Shown: positions 9,145 through 19,607 of the stretch, piece by piece
How positions within the stretch are numbered: position 1 is the stretch's first letter
How the letters are laid out: the number at the start of each line of letters is the position of its first letter
DNA from: an uncultured Candidatus Rokubacteria bacterium
Lineage (GTDB): Bacteria; Methylomirabilota; Methylomirabilia; Rokubacteriales; CSP1-6
DNA length: 64,000 nt
Reading direction: 5' to 3'
NCBI GenBank assembly: GCA_963762145.1
Contig: CAVXJS010000022.1
Coordinates: 96,001-160,000, forward strand
The notes under the pieces: generated by a model
Database searches by the model: none
What the model was told of the DNA's origin: nothing
The model's input: the letters and a program-made list of their open reading frames with translations, nothing else
Program-made: the position numbers and the translations under genes

Positions 9145-9444
9145 CTACGCTCTCAGAGGGTACCCCCAGGCTCGGCGTACACAGCAGAACCACAAACAAA
9201 CGAGACTTATTTGGGGAGAGAGGAGAGACAGTGGAGAGAGAGAGAGAGAGAAAGAGAGAGAAGAGAGAAGAGAGAGAAGAGAGAGAGAGGGAGAGAGAGA
9301 GAAGTCAGAGAGAAGGGAAGGAGACGAAACGGAAAGATCCTAGCAGGACTGATTGGGACCCTTCCACCAACGTAGTCAGCGTAGTCGGCCCGCATTTCAA
9401 CATCGCGATTTGGTACCCGTTCCACCAACGTAGTTAACGTAGTT
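9134..9444. repeat. putative replication origin: inverted 9-mer iteron pairs flanking a GA-rich tract
   Basis: GACTAAGCT-GACTACGCT (9134-9151); pure-purine run 9233-9304; AACGTAGTC-AGCGTAGTC (9369-9386); AACGTAGTT twice (9427-9444). Confidence 0.65.
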
Positions 9445-9711
9445 GGTTCGCGTCCCAACACTACATGAATCAGCTATGCCTGTCTGCGCCTCGCCGATTC
9501 TTATAGCCGATCCGCGCCTCGCGACGGCGAGAAGGGGGCTCGAGGAGGGCTGGAGCACCCCTAGGACCAACGATCCATTCGGCCCTCCTAGTCTCGCCTC
9601 TCCCCGTGATCTGACCCTTGGTTTACAGGCGGTTTCGCCCCTTAGGGGAGCGTTGAGCCTTACTTCGTGAAGTGAACGTCAGGTTCCGCTCACTGTTTGG
9701 AGGATAGACAA

Positions 9712-10375
9712 ATGCGCCTCAAGAGACCGACCTCGTTATTTTGCCTTGCACCTCGGGAAAGGAGGGACGCCGAACAAAGTGGCCAGAGAAACGTCTTCGT
9801 GACTTCCTCGGTCCTCAGGCTGCCAAAATACTTCGTGCTGGTCGGAAGGACGCGTTTAACCATCCCAAGACTCGCTTTTCCCAAAGACGCCCAAGTACCC
9901 GAAGACACCGCGTAGGGCGCTACTAGACATGTATAGTGGCAATCTTTACACTTCATCCTTCAAGCGACTCCTTCGTCGACTGCTGAGACATGGGGTCTAT
10001 GTGCTAGTACTCACAGGTGGCCACGGCTTCGGACATCCGCAGGAGCGGAAACGCAAGTACGATGCTCATCTTCCTGCTATCGCGCCCGTCTGGAGAAAGC
10101 ACCTCCCAGTGATACTCGAGGATTTCATCACTCGAAACCGCATCAGGCGCGTATTTATTGCCTGCTCACAATCCTATGCCCGTGTTTTGAGTAGCGGATC
10201 TGATAAATGGGCATCCCGGGTCTCCGTTTTCTGTTACACGCCGCGTACACGCCCTGGTAGGGGAAATCGGGCCTCGGATATCGCCGCTCAAAACCGGCAC
10301 GCGATCCGAGCGTTGGCCAAGTCAGGCAAACCAGACAAACGATGGAAGCGTGGTCCTAAGCCTGACCTGAGCTAG
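9712..10375 (+). pseudogene. YaaA/DUF6884-like protein, frameshifted
   Basis: LVILPCTSGK in one frame, then ALLDMYSGNLY...VLVLTGGHGFGHP...KYDAHL in another. Confidence 0.45.
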
Positions 10376-10692
10376 ACCGTCTTCTACTCTTTTCCGGCTC
10401 GGAGTTCGAGGCTCGTGGGTGTTGCCCGCTGCAAGGGCTAGGATCGACCCAGCGATTCCTACTTGCCTGGCTTGACACGATTCGCAGGCTGATGGACGAT
10501 CCGGCAGGGCAGGTTTCTGGGGGTCAAAAAGTGGTGAATTCGGGTATTCCGCTGCTATTGCAAATCCGCTAGGCGGGCTAGTATGTCGGCTATACCCCCT
10601 CACATTCGAGTAGCGTTCGTCTGAATTGCTCTGGCTTAGCCAGTTTAGTTCCTCAAGCTGGGAGACATCCGCGATCAAAGCCACCGGATTCT

Positions 10693-11165
10693 TGAAGAGA
10701 CACGGTCTTAGCTCCGGTGTTCAACCCCGCCAGATCCGTTTTAAGAAGACGGCGGCCCGAATTTCCAGTCGCTGTGTGAACCGCCTTTCGGGTTGATAGC
10801 AGCCCGTGTCCTCGCCTTCAGACGAGTGACTACCCTGACTACGCTCCCGGAGTCGGTACCCTCGAGCGTGAGCATACAAACACACACTCAAAACCAGAGA
10901 GAGAGAACGAGAGAGAGAAAGAAGAAGGACGGAGAAGGAAGGGACACATCATAATAGCGGCTAGCTGATTGGGTACCCTTCCGCCAACGTAGTCAACGTA
11001 GTCGGCTCGCGTCCCAACCCGACATGGCGCCGTCAGCTTGCTTGCAGGTGAACTCGAATGTGGGAGAAAAGTCCGTGGTTCTACCCCTTCTGCTCCTAGG
11101 AGATGTCCGTTAGAAGGCTATGGAGTCGGCTATGCCCGTCCGCACCTCGCCGATTCTTACAGCCG
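10693..11165 (+). repeat. diverged second copy of the helicase 3' end and ori module
   Basis: Aligns by eye to 8978-9510, with iterons at 10828-10845 and 10986-11003 and a GA tract at ~10896-10945. Confidence 0.8.
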
Positions 11166-11734
11166 AACCTGACTTCGACGAGCTCGACAAGGTCTACCTT
11201 TGGGGGTTACAGGTCTTTGGAGACCGCCCCGGGCCACACATGGCGGCCTTCCTAGGTTTTGGCGCCGATGGTGATCAAGAGGGATGGGAGACGTTTCTCG
11301 CAACAGCAGAAAGGATCTTCAACGAATACGGCGACCTCCCATTTGTGCACTGGAGTCAATATGAGCGGGTACGTCTCGACGTCTATCTTGAACGGTTTGG
11401 AGATCGGCGCGGCATAGGGGGCCGAGTTCGGGCGAATCTGTGTGATCTCCTCCGCGTAACCCAGAATGCCGTGGCTCTTCCGCTCCCGAGTTACAGCCTC
11501 AAGGTGGTGGAGAAGCACGTCGGCTTCGAACGGAAACTCGTGGACACTGGCGGGGCGTGGGCCATCGCGAAGTACATCGAGGCAGTGGAGACTGAAGACA
11601 TTGCGCAGCGTGCTGCTCTCATCGACGAGGTTCGCGCATACAACGAAGAGGACCTAGCGGCCACATGGGCAGTTCTTCGGTGGCTCAAGAGGAAGACCGC
11701 GGCCCAGCAATTCCGCTCGTATTACGTGCCTTAA
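11120..11734 (+). CDS. RNase H-like domain protein (TM0106/RecB-like nuclease C-terminal region, likely 5'-truncated)
   Basis: VYLWG, FVHWSQYE, DLLRV, PLPSYSLKVVEKHVGFER and YNEEDLAAT motifs. The first ~14 codons derive from the duplicated repeat. Confidence 0.7.
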   Translation: MESAMPVRTSPILTAEPDFDELDKVYLWGLQVFGDRPGPHMAAFLGFGADGDQEGWETFLATAERIFNEYGDLPFVHWSQYERVRLDVYLERFGDRRGIGGRVRANLCDLLRVTQNAVALPLPSYSLKVVEKHVGFERKLVDTGGAWAIAKYIEAVETEDIAQRAALIDEVRAYNEEDLAATWAVLRWLKRKTAAQQFRSYYVP

Positions 11735-12376
11735 CATTTCCTAACCGGCACTTCATAGTCAGCATCAGTCAGCGCTTTCCCCTCCAATCTACTGTCGCAT
11801 TCGTTCTCGTGCCTCTCTGATTTGCTCGGCGGCGTGCTTCTTCTCGAGGCGCTCGATCTCCGCGGCCTTCGCCTCGTCCATGCTTGCGGGCTCGATGTCG
11901 ACCGTCCCATAAAGTTGGCGGAGTCGACGGGCTCGCACCCGGGCGTGCTGCTCGTGGGCGTGTTCGCCACACTCCCCGATTCGCTAGCTCCGCGCCTCGC
12001 CCTCCCGGGCGGCTTCCCGCCGCACACGCGCCGGCTGCTGCACGCTTGGCCGGCCGAGGGGCGTTGCCGCAGGCGTTCACGCTATGATCCGTCCGACCCC
12101 CCAGAGCGGTGCGGAAGCCCTGGAGCGTAGCCACCTCATGTCTGCCCCTCCAAGTGCTCCACGCGGTGGCCAGAAGCCGAACGTTCGGCTCTGATAGACT
12201 CCCTGCGGCCGGTCTGCGAGGCCTGCGGAGGGCCGCGGGAGCCCCGGAAGCGCGAGCATCTCGGATAAGTGCCGGGCCGCCTTGAGTCGGCGGCACCGCA
12301 AGGATGCCCAACGGACCCGCGATGAGACGATCCGCACCCTCTCGGAGACCGCCCTGGAGAAGTTGGGGGAGCGCCC

Positions 12377-13351
12377 ATGAATCGCCGAACGTTCCTTAGC
12401 GGCCTTAGCGGCAGCCTCCTCGCCGCGCCGCTCGCCGCCGAGGCGCAGCGGCCGTCGAAGATCCCCGAGTCGGGCTCCTGAGGACCGGCTCTCCTCCAGA
12501 TCCGGCTCTCGACGCCTTCAAGCAAGGACTTCGCGAGCTTGGCTATGTCGAGGGACAGAACATAGTGCTCGACGTGCGCTTCGCCGCGGGACGGCTGGAT
12601 CGGTTGTCCTCACTCGCCGTCGAGTTGGTCCGCCGCGACGTGGATGTAGTCGTGACGGGCGGGGAAGCCGCGATTCAGGCGGCGCGGGCCGCGACGCGCA
12701 ACATCCCGATCGTATCGGCGCCAGCAACGATCCGGTCGGTGCCGGCCTCGTTGAAAGTCTCGCTAGACCCGGCGGGAACATCACCGGCTCGACTATTCTG
12801 GCCCCAGAACTGAGCCGGAAGAGATTGACCTCCTCAGGGAGACGAGGCCAGGTATTGTCCGCGTGGCGGTTCTCTCCGACCCAACGTCTTCGGGCACTGG
12901 GCGAGATCTGGAGGAAACGCAGAGCGCCTCTCGGGTGTTGGGCTTCACGCTCCAAGTCTGGACTGTGCGCGCCCCGAAGGACCTCGATGAGGCGTTTGTG
13001 GGTATGAGAAGAGAGCGTGCCGAGGCACTGATGACCCTGGCCGACCCGCTATTCACAGCATCGCGCGTGAAGATCGTCAAGCTGGCGGCGGCAACCCGTC
13101 TGCCCAGCGTCTACTACTGGAAAGATTTTGTCGATGCCGGCGGGCTCATGTCATATGGGCCGAGTCTCCAGGATCTCTATCGGCGGGCGGCCACCTACGT
13201 CGATAAGATCCTGAAGGGAGCCAAGCCGGGAGACCTCCCCATCGAGCAGCCGACGAAGTTCGAGCTGGTCATCAACCTCAAGACAGCCAAAGCCCTCGGC
13301 CTGACGATCCCGCCCTCGCTGCTGCAGCGGGCGGATCAGGTGATCGAATGA
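12377..13351 (+). pseudogene. ABC substrate-binding protein (PF04392 type), frameshifted
   Basis: MNRRTFL... start, GLRELGYVEGQNI and a GGLMSYG...[18 protein letters not shown] end, spread across several frames. Confidence 0.85.
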
Positions 13352-14355
13352 TGAAGCCACAAACCGCACGTGACCCAGGGATCACACGGCGCACGTTCGT
13401 TGCGGGTCTTGCCGCGCTCGCAATCCCGCTTGATGCGAAGGCACAGCAGTCGGGACTCTCTGTGATCGGGTTCCTGAACGGCGCGTCGTATGAACTGTCT
13501 AAGCACCTCGTGCGCGCGTTCCACGAGGGCTTGGCGGAAACCGGCTATGTCGAGGGCCGCAACGTAACGGTCGAATATCGTTCCGCTGAAGGTCAGTATG
13601 ATCGGCTCCCGTCACTGGCGGTCGATCTCGCTCGACTTCACGTCAACGTCATTGTCGCGACCGGCACGCCGACTGGCCTGCCGGCGAGGGCGGCCACGAC
13701 GTCGATCCCGATCGTCTTCGTGACCGGCAGTGACCCGATCGAACAAGGCCTGGTCACGAATCTGAGCCGACCCACCGGCAATCTCACCGGCGCCACGACG
13801 CTTGCCGTGGAATTGGGCCGGAAGCGCATGGAACTGCTGAAGGAGTTGGTGCCGTCGGCGAAGCTCATGGGCGTGCTCATCAACCCGACCGGTCCGAATC
13901 TCAAGGCTGTGCTGCACGACATACATGCGGCAAGCCGAACCGTTGGTCTGCCGATCCATATCGTCCATGCGAGCACCGAACGGGAGCTCGAGACCGCCTT
14001 TGCGTCGTTCGTCCAGCGACGGGTAAGCGCGGTCGTCATCGGCACCGATACCTTCTTCAATTCTCAGAGCGGAAGGCTCGCAGCCCTGACCGTTCGGCAT
14101 GCCCTGCCCGCGGTCTACCAGTACCGCGAGTTTGTCGCGGCGGGCGGTCTCATGAGCTACGCCGGGAGCATCACAGACGCGTACCGCGTCGCGGGGTTGT
14201 ACACCGGGCGGATCCTCAAGGGGGCGAAGCCCTCCGAGCTGGCCGTCCAGCAGTCTACAAAGGCTGAGCTCTTCATCAATGCCAGAACCGCGAAAGCGTT
14301 CGGCCTCACGATCCAGCCCTCGCTGCTGGTGCGCGCGGATCAGGTGATCGAGTAG
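13348..14355 (+). CDS. ABC substrate-binding protein (PF04392 type)
   Basis: RRTFV twin-Arg-like leader, GYVEGRNV, GNLTG, GGLMSY, ILKGAKP...RADQVIE. Confidence 0.9.
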   Translation: MMKPQTARDPGITRRTFVAGLAALAIPLDAKAQQSGLSVIGFLNGASYELSKHLVRAFHEGLAETGYVEGRNVTVEYRSAEGQYDRLPSLAVDLARLHVNVIVATGTPTGLPARAATTSIPIVFVTGSDPIEQGLVTNLSRPTGNLTGATTLAVELGRKRMELLKELVPSAKLMGVLINPTGPNLKAVLHDIHAASRTVGLPIHIVHASTERELETAFASFVQRRVSAVVIGTDTFFNSQSGRLAALTVRHALPAVYQYREFVAAGGLMSYAGSITDAYRVAGLYTGRILKGAKPSELAVQQSTKAELFINARTAKAFGLTIQPSLLVRADQVIE

Positions 14356-14359
14356 CACG

Positions 14360-14509
14360 ATGCCCGAGCTCCTCGCCGCCCTCGACGCCTTCATGCAGGA
14401 GCACCGCCGTTGCGGCATGCTGGACGGCGGGGTGGACGGTTCAGTGGTGTGGAGGAGCTGCGAATGCGGGGCACGGATCGCTCACTCAATCGCGGAGGGA
14501 GCCGGATGA
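14360..14509 (+). CDS. small Cys/His-rich protein (49 aa)
   Basis: MPELLAALDAFMQEHRRCGMLDGGVDGSVVWRSCECGARI; starts 4 nt after the SBP stop. Confidence 0.5.
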   Translation: MPELLAALDAFMQEHRRCGMLDGGVDGSVVWRSCECGARIAHSIAEGAG

Positions 14510-14592
14510 CCCGACGCTGGCCGTGCATCCTGATCGTCTGCTGCCGCGTCGAGGAGCGAGGCTGGTTGCCTTAGGCCCGTTGACAGACGCAG

Positions 14593-15027
14593 TTGCCCTG
14601 TGGTGCAGTGGCACGGCGTGTGAGTCCCGCGAAACCATCAGCTCCTCGAGACCCGGCTAGACCCGTTCGAGTCGTCATCGCAGATGACGATGTCGAAGTC
14701 CGCACACTGGTCGACTTCATCCTCCGGCAAGACCCGACGGTTCTTCTGGTTGGGGAGGCAGAGGATGGAGAGTCAGCCATCATCCTCGTTCGCCAAGCGC
14801 AGCCGGATCTCGTCCTGATGGACGTGATGATGCCCGGCGTCGGGGGGCTCGAAGCGACACGGCGGATCAAACGGGAGTGGCCCGAGACGAGGGTTCTAGT
14901 CCTGACTAACCTGACCGATGATGACACGCGCCGCTCGGCGTTCCTGAACGGCGCCGACTCATTCATCACCAAGCGCGACATCGCGACCCGGTTGCTCGTC
15001 GCGATCAAGGACACGATTCAGGCCTAG
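14593..15027 (+). CDS. single-domain response regulator (NarL-like receiver)
   Basis: VVIADDD, PDLVLMDVMMP, VLVLT, GADSFITK. The true start may be a downstream GTG. Confidence 0.85.
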   Translation: MPCGAVARRVSPAKPSAPRDPARPVRVVIADDDVEVRTLVDFILRQDPTVLLVGEAEDGESAIILVRQAQPDLVLMDVMMPGVGGLEATRRIKREWPETRVLVLTNLTDDDTRRSAFLNGADSFITKRDIATRLLVAIKDTIQA

Positions 15028-15045
15028 CCATCTACTCCCTGTTGG

Positions 15046-15285
15046 CTACGACTCGGGCAGCGCCTGCTTCAAGACCCTCCAGAGCCCGTCGCAGGCGACG
15101 TGGAAGCGGAGTGTGTGCCCGTCCGACATCGCCTCCTCGTGTTCCGGCTCGCTCGACGTGATGGGCGCGTCGCATCCGTCGCATGTCAGACCGGTGCCGT
15201 AGCCGCCCCACGTCTTGACAGAATCGGCGGTCGGAAGGATGCCCCGCCACAGCTTGTCGGTGATCCGCCGAGAGGCCTCGTCCAT
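15046..15285 (-). CDS. small zinc-finger-like protein
   Basis: WGGYGTGLTCDGCDAPI...RFHVAC (CxxC...HxxC). Confidence 0.65.
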   Translation of the reverse strand: MDEASRRITDKLWRGILPTADSVKTWGGYGTGLTCDGCDAPITSSEPEHEEAMSDGHTLRFHVACDGLWRVLKQALPES

Positions 15286-15348
15286 GGGGTACGGGACTGT
15301 ACCATACGGGACAGTCCCGCAGTTGGTCTTCGCGTTAGGCTCCTACTT

Positions 15349-15552
15349 ATGATCAGGAATTAGTCCCTCCGGAAGCTGCGAGAGTCCGCAGGAATGACCC
15401 AGGCCGAGATGGCTGAACTGCTTCGAGTGCCGTTGCTCACGCTTACGAAGTGGGAAGCGGGCTCGCTCGACCAGAAGGCTAAGGCGCTGCACGGGCTACT
15501 CGCTGCTCGGGCCGAGAAGACGAACTCGCGACGCGGTAGTGCACGCCCTTAG
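15349..15552 (+). pseudogene. XRE-family HTH, in-frame TAG at 15361
   Basis: LRKLRESAGMTQAEMAELLRVPLLTLTKWEAG. Confidence 0.6.
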
Positions 15553-15866
15553 GCCAGCCCCCGCTCTTGGGGCTTGGGCGGCTTTATCGCGTCAACAGCT
15601 CGGCGGAGCTTCTCCGAAACAATCTCGGGCGGGCGCACCTCGAGGAACGCTTCGAGTTCGGCCGGGGTGAACTCGACCGACGCCGTAGCCCCACGACACG
15701 AAAGCTTCATCGTCCACGGCTCGCCAGGCGTCGGGAGCTCGAGGCGCCCGTCGAACCAGAGTGGCGAGCCGCGGTCGAGCACCATCCCGTGCTCGGCCAG
15801 AATGCGGCCTAATCGCTCGGTGACCCGCATCTGTGCATCCAGCACCCCGCGCTGAGTGTAGTCCAA
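15549..15866 (-). CDS. hypothetical protein
   Basis: 105-aa ORF with a GAGG RBS-like motif and globular-looking composition. Confidence 0.5.
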   Translation of the reverse strand: MDYTQRGVLDAQMRVTERLGRILAEHGMVLDRGSPLWFDGRLELPTPGEPWTMKLSCRGATASVEFTPAELEAFLEVRPPEIVSEKLRRAVDAIKPPKPQERGLA

Positions 15867-16530
15867 TTTTCTACCTCGCCCGGAGCGGCAGTTTGTTGAT
15901 CGGGGTGCGTCAGCAGTAGACCCCCAGTGTGGGCGGGATCAGGGGTAACATTCACCGACAGCCGGCACGCCCGGCAAATCGCCCGAGGGGGAGGGACCAA
16001 CAAGCGGTCCCCCCTCGGGTTCCTGCCTGCTTGGTGCCTCAGTCTGCTTGGAGTTCAAGATCTTCCTCAACGTGTTGATTGCCTGCTGGAGCTCCACCTT
16101 CGACCAGCTCGAGAGCGCTTCCCTCGCCTGCTCGATTGAGCAAGTACACAATTTCACCGTAATCCTGCCGCACCGAATGCAGGGCATGATCTCCTCCTTA
16201 CTAAGTCGAGATCGAAGCGCCGACATGTGAAGAGCAACCGACATGCCACGGAATTAGGCTAGATATTTCGAACTCTTGGCTGGAGGCTTCAGAGGATTGG
16301 CTGGCGGCTCAGAACCTTTGACCGAGTGATGATGCGGCATTTCTACCCGGTACCGCAACAAGACGGCCCAAGCTCGACACGCTCTTGACCTATCTCGTGC
16401 GGAGCGGGCCGGATCGTGGGCCAGCGGTCAACAACTCACGCTGAGCTCGGGCCCGAACAAGCCGTAGCCCCGGGCGGGGCCTCGTCGATCTTTACTAGTT
16501 TTTTACTCGACGGGGACTACCTTGGCCCGC

Positions 16531-16758
16531 ATGGCACACCGCTGGCGGCTGACCAAGTCGAGCAGCACGACGGACCGCTGGTGGGTGACATGCAGTTGTG
16601 GCCGGTGGCGCGGCTACACCGAGACTGACGTACAAGCGCAACTACTCGCGGCGGAACATGGGCGCGAGAAGGGCACCCACGTTGTCAAGATCGAGAGCCG
16701 CGACGACTACCGCCGCCGAGCGCAGGCCGCCCGACTGCAACATCCGCGCTCAATCTAG
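16531..16758 (+). CDS. small hypothetical protein with CSCG motif
   Basis: MAHRWRL...WWVTCSCGRWRG...AAEH. Confidence 0.45.
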   Translation: MAHRWRLTKSSSTTDRWWVTCSCGRWRGYTETDVQAQLLAAEHGREKGTHVVKIESRDDYRRRAQAARLQHPRSI

Positions 16759-17213
16759 CGCGTCGCCGAGCGCGTGTCTCACTACGTCGTTGGCGGTGTC
16801 GGTAATGCGCGCCGAGGCAGGCTCCATGCGGTCAGAACCCTAGCTCATCGACGACGGTTGGAGCGTCCTCGTCTATCCACGCCTCACCTAGAGCGTGAAT
16901 CGACTTGCCGAGCATTGACATGAGCAGGGCTTCCACTTGGTCAATGGTCGGGGGCGGGTCCACTCGTCAAGCCACTCTGTGTAGTCGCGTTCAACCCCAA
17001 GCGGTCTCCCAAGCGACGCACGCCGACCAGCACTCCGCTGTTGCGGGCTTTCGGCGGTAAGCCACTCGGCGGCCAGATTCTCCCCTGTTGAAGGCTTCCC
17101 CGTTTGACGTCTCGGAGTCGTAACATTGTCGTAATGTATCGGGGCTGACGATCTGACTTCAATATTTTTATTGGCATTCCCGATAGGAGGCTCGACACCG
17201 GCTGGTCGAACGT

Positions 17214-17700
17214 CTAGCTCTGCGCTCCTCGTCGTCGGCCAAGGAAGTAGAAGAAGGTGCCCGTAGCCACGTTCACCAGAAGGCTGCTGATCAAGAAGTC
17301 CCAGGACCAGATCAAGCTCCAGAAGCTCTTCGGTCGCTCCACCAGCGACTCGATGGCGCGGTGCTGCTCGGGGAGAGTTCCAGAGCGTCCGTTGCTGCTG
17401 GAGCGAGGCGAGTTCCTTTTCGATGGCGCGGACGCTCTCGATGCGCGCCGCCGTCTCCGATTGGAGCTTCTCGACGAGGGAGAGGGTCTCGCGTGAGTTG
17501 GCGTTGAGGGCTTCCAGCTTCTTCTGAATCTGTCCCGCAAGCGGTGGGGTTGGTCGCTCGCTGCATCATGCCAGTGGTTACGATCACCGACAGCGCGAAT
17601 GCGGAGACGATCCACACAACGACGAGGCCGAAGTCGTAAGCCAATACCCGCCCATCTGCATCCGGTACCGGGATGCCCTCGATCTGGTGGCCGCACCATT
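17214..17700 (-). pseudogene. coiled-coil membrane protein, frameshifted
   Basis: TM segment, then QIQKKLEALNANSRETL...KELASLQQQ, then a C-terminal TM (FLISSLLVNVATGTFFYFLG), across three frames. Confidence 0.45.
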
Positions 17701-18741
17701 GGACAGCGTGAGCCTCGCGGAGCCGAAGAGATCGCACACGGCGTAGCTCTTCACCGTGACTTGACCAGGATAAGGCCCGCGTGGCGGATTCGCCTTCAGC
17801 GTCGCCGCAAGGAATTCCTGGTGAGGATCGCGAAGCTGCTCCGTCGCCGCACAGGGACTCCGTGAGTTGCACCGTCCCCGACCTCATGCACGCGACCCAA
17901 GTCGCGCAGCCATTCCACATGAAAGGCGGGTGTATGGTGCAGCTCATTAGCCGGAACGGCCGGTACCACACCAAGCGCTTTGTACAGGGGCCGTGGGTGG
18001 CTTGTCGCCTCGCATCCAATTCTTCCCGGGAAATGTTTCCATGCGGCCCCGCATTTTTCAGAGGAGGTGAGTGCCTCTAGCGGTCGAGTGGGGCTCTGAG
18101 GTCCTTTTCATCAGGTGCCGAGCAAGGATTCGGCCCTTTCGGTGCCTGAAGCGGTAGAGGACGCGATTACAGGGACGGGGGGCGTGGATGAATGAGCGGG
18201 TCGGGATGGCGTGCGACTGTGGGGCCGACATGCCGCGCCTGCTACTCGTCGCTGTAGCCGGTGTGGTCGTCAGCCTAATTGGCTGCTCCAAGACCTTGTG
18301 GATCGCCCCACCGGGCGGTAGCGAGCAGCAGCTCTTGCGGGATTCCTACGCGTGCCGGCGGGATGCCGCCACGCCACCGGCGCCCCCCCAGTGTTGCCGG
18401 CCTCCACTGGCTTCGTCCATCCAAGCCAAGGCTACACGATGGCTCCTCAGGGGCTCGGCCCCGCGCCGGGAGATCAAGCACGGGAAGAGGGGCTCGTCGC
18501 TCGTTGCATGGAATCGAAAGGCTATCGCCGCCAATAGACGCGGGCGAGGTGTTCGACCTTCGCCCGAAGGGGAGGAGCCGCCCTGTTGAGGGTGCCGCTT
18601 CGCGTATCCCATTTGCCGGGTCACGGACATATGACTTTTATCTCGTCATGGCTTTGCAATGCACCGAGGAGCCGGCTCTGGTAGGATACCTCCCCACGGC
18701 CGCCTGAGGAGAGGCAGCGCGGCCAGCGCGGAGGAACTCCC

Positions 18742-19344
18742 ATGCGGCTGATCTTGATTGGGCTGTGTGCTGCGTTCTCGACTGCCGTGGCGGTGATAGG
18801 GCTCCAGCCCGGCACCATCGCCTTGCGGAACGCCCCCGAGGAATTCATGGCCATGCCCTGGGGCGCCAGCGAGTCCGAAGTCCGCGCGACACTCGCGGAC
18901 ACGGTGCAGGTCGCGGGTGCCCATGGGCCGAGACTCGGCGACTGCCAGGACTACCCCGCCTCGGATCGTGGCCTCTACGGCGACCGCTTTTGCGTCGGCG
19001 GCGCTGCCCTCGGCGGCACCAAGATCGAAACCACGTATTCCTTCCGTCGCGGTGGGTTGGCGTCGCTACGGATGATCTTCAACTCCGATTCCTTTGATCG
19101 GATCGAAAACATCTTCATCGAGCGGTACGGACCGCCAGTGTCTGCCTTCAATGAGGAGGTCGAGCTATCAACCAAGATCAATCGCTTTCTCCTATGGGAA
19201 AGCGAACACATCAAGATCGTGCTACGGCGCTATTTGAAGAGCAGCACCCGGGGGGCCGCGACCTACACGACGGCAGGCGAACAGGCCGAGGTGATGCGCC
19301 TCGTTCACGACCTGGCCCGGCGGGATGCCGGGAAACGCCCTTAG
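18742..19344 (+). CDS. exported hypothetical protein
   Basis: GGAGG RBS, hydrophobic N-terminus, FMAMPWGAS...IERYGPP. Confidence 0.65.
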   Translation: MRLILIGLCAAFSTAVAVIGLQPGTIALRNAPEEFMAMPWGASESEVRATLADTVQVAGAHGPRLGDCQDYPASDRGLYGDRFCVGGAALGGTKIETTYSFRRGGLASLRMIFNSDSFDRIENIFIERYGPPVSAFNEEVELSTKINRFLLWESEHIKIVLRRYLKSSTRGAATYTTAGEQAEVMRLVHDLARRDAGKRP

Positions 19345-19607
19345 CGCGGCTGCCGGTCTCTGCTTGACCACGCGCCTGATCTCCCCAACTCAGAGTCTGC
19401 CGCTTCGGGATCACGGTCGGTGGGTGCATGCACGGCTAGCCTAGCCTCAACTTCCGCCATCCGCTTCTCTACGAATCTGCCAGAGAAGCCTCTCCCGGCG
19501 TTGCCTGTTCTCTTGAGACGTGGCGGCAAATTCAGACCGGACGGGCGACATCTACACGTGTCTAGGGTCGTCTGCCGTATGCGACCTGCTCCCCGACTCT
19601 CCTCCAG

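Noticed and set aside
9355-9460. Repeats considered as a mini CRISPR array
   Set aside because: Only two units with internal tandem 9-mers, no unique spacer series and no cas genes. Iterons explain them better.
9207-9461. ER-rich and SL-rich ORFs over the GA tract
   Set aside because: Low-complexity translation of the purine tract.
15319-15340. GTTAGGC-type motifs (also near 11108 and 22571) as integron attC sites
   Set aside because: No matching upstream RYYYAAC box or paired arms were found, and the integrase does not look like IntI.
15361-15363. In-frame TAG as pyrrolysine or readthrough
   Set aside because: No supporting context; it lies in a decaying region, and a downstream ATG at 15394 is available.
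16943-16956. AATGGTCGGGG resembling a tRNA-Pro 3' end
   Set aside because: Only about 11 nt match and there is no T-loop; likely chance.
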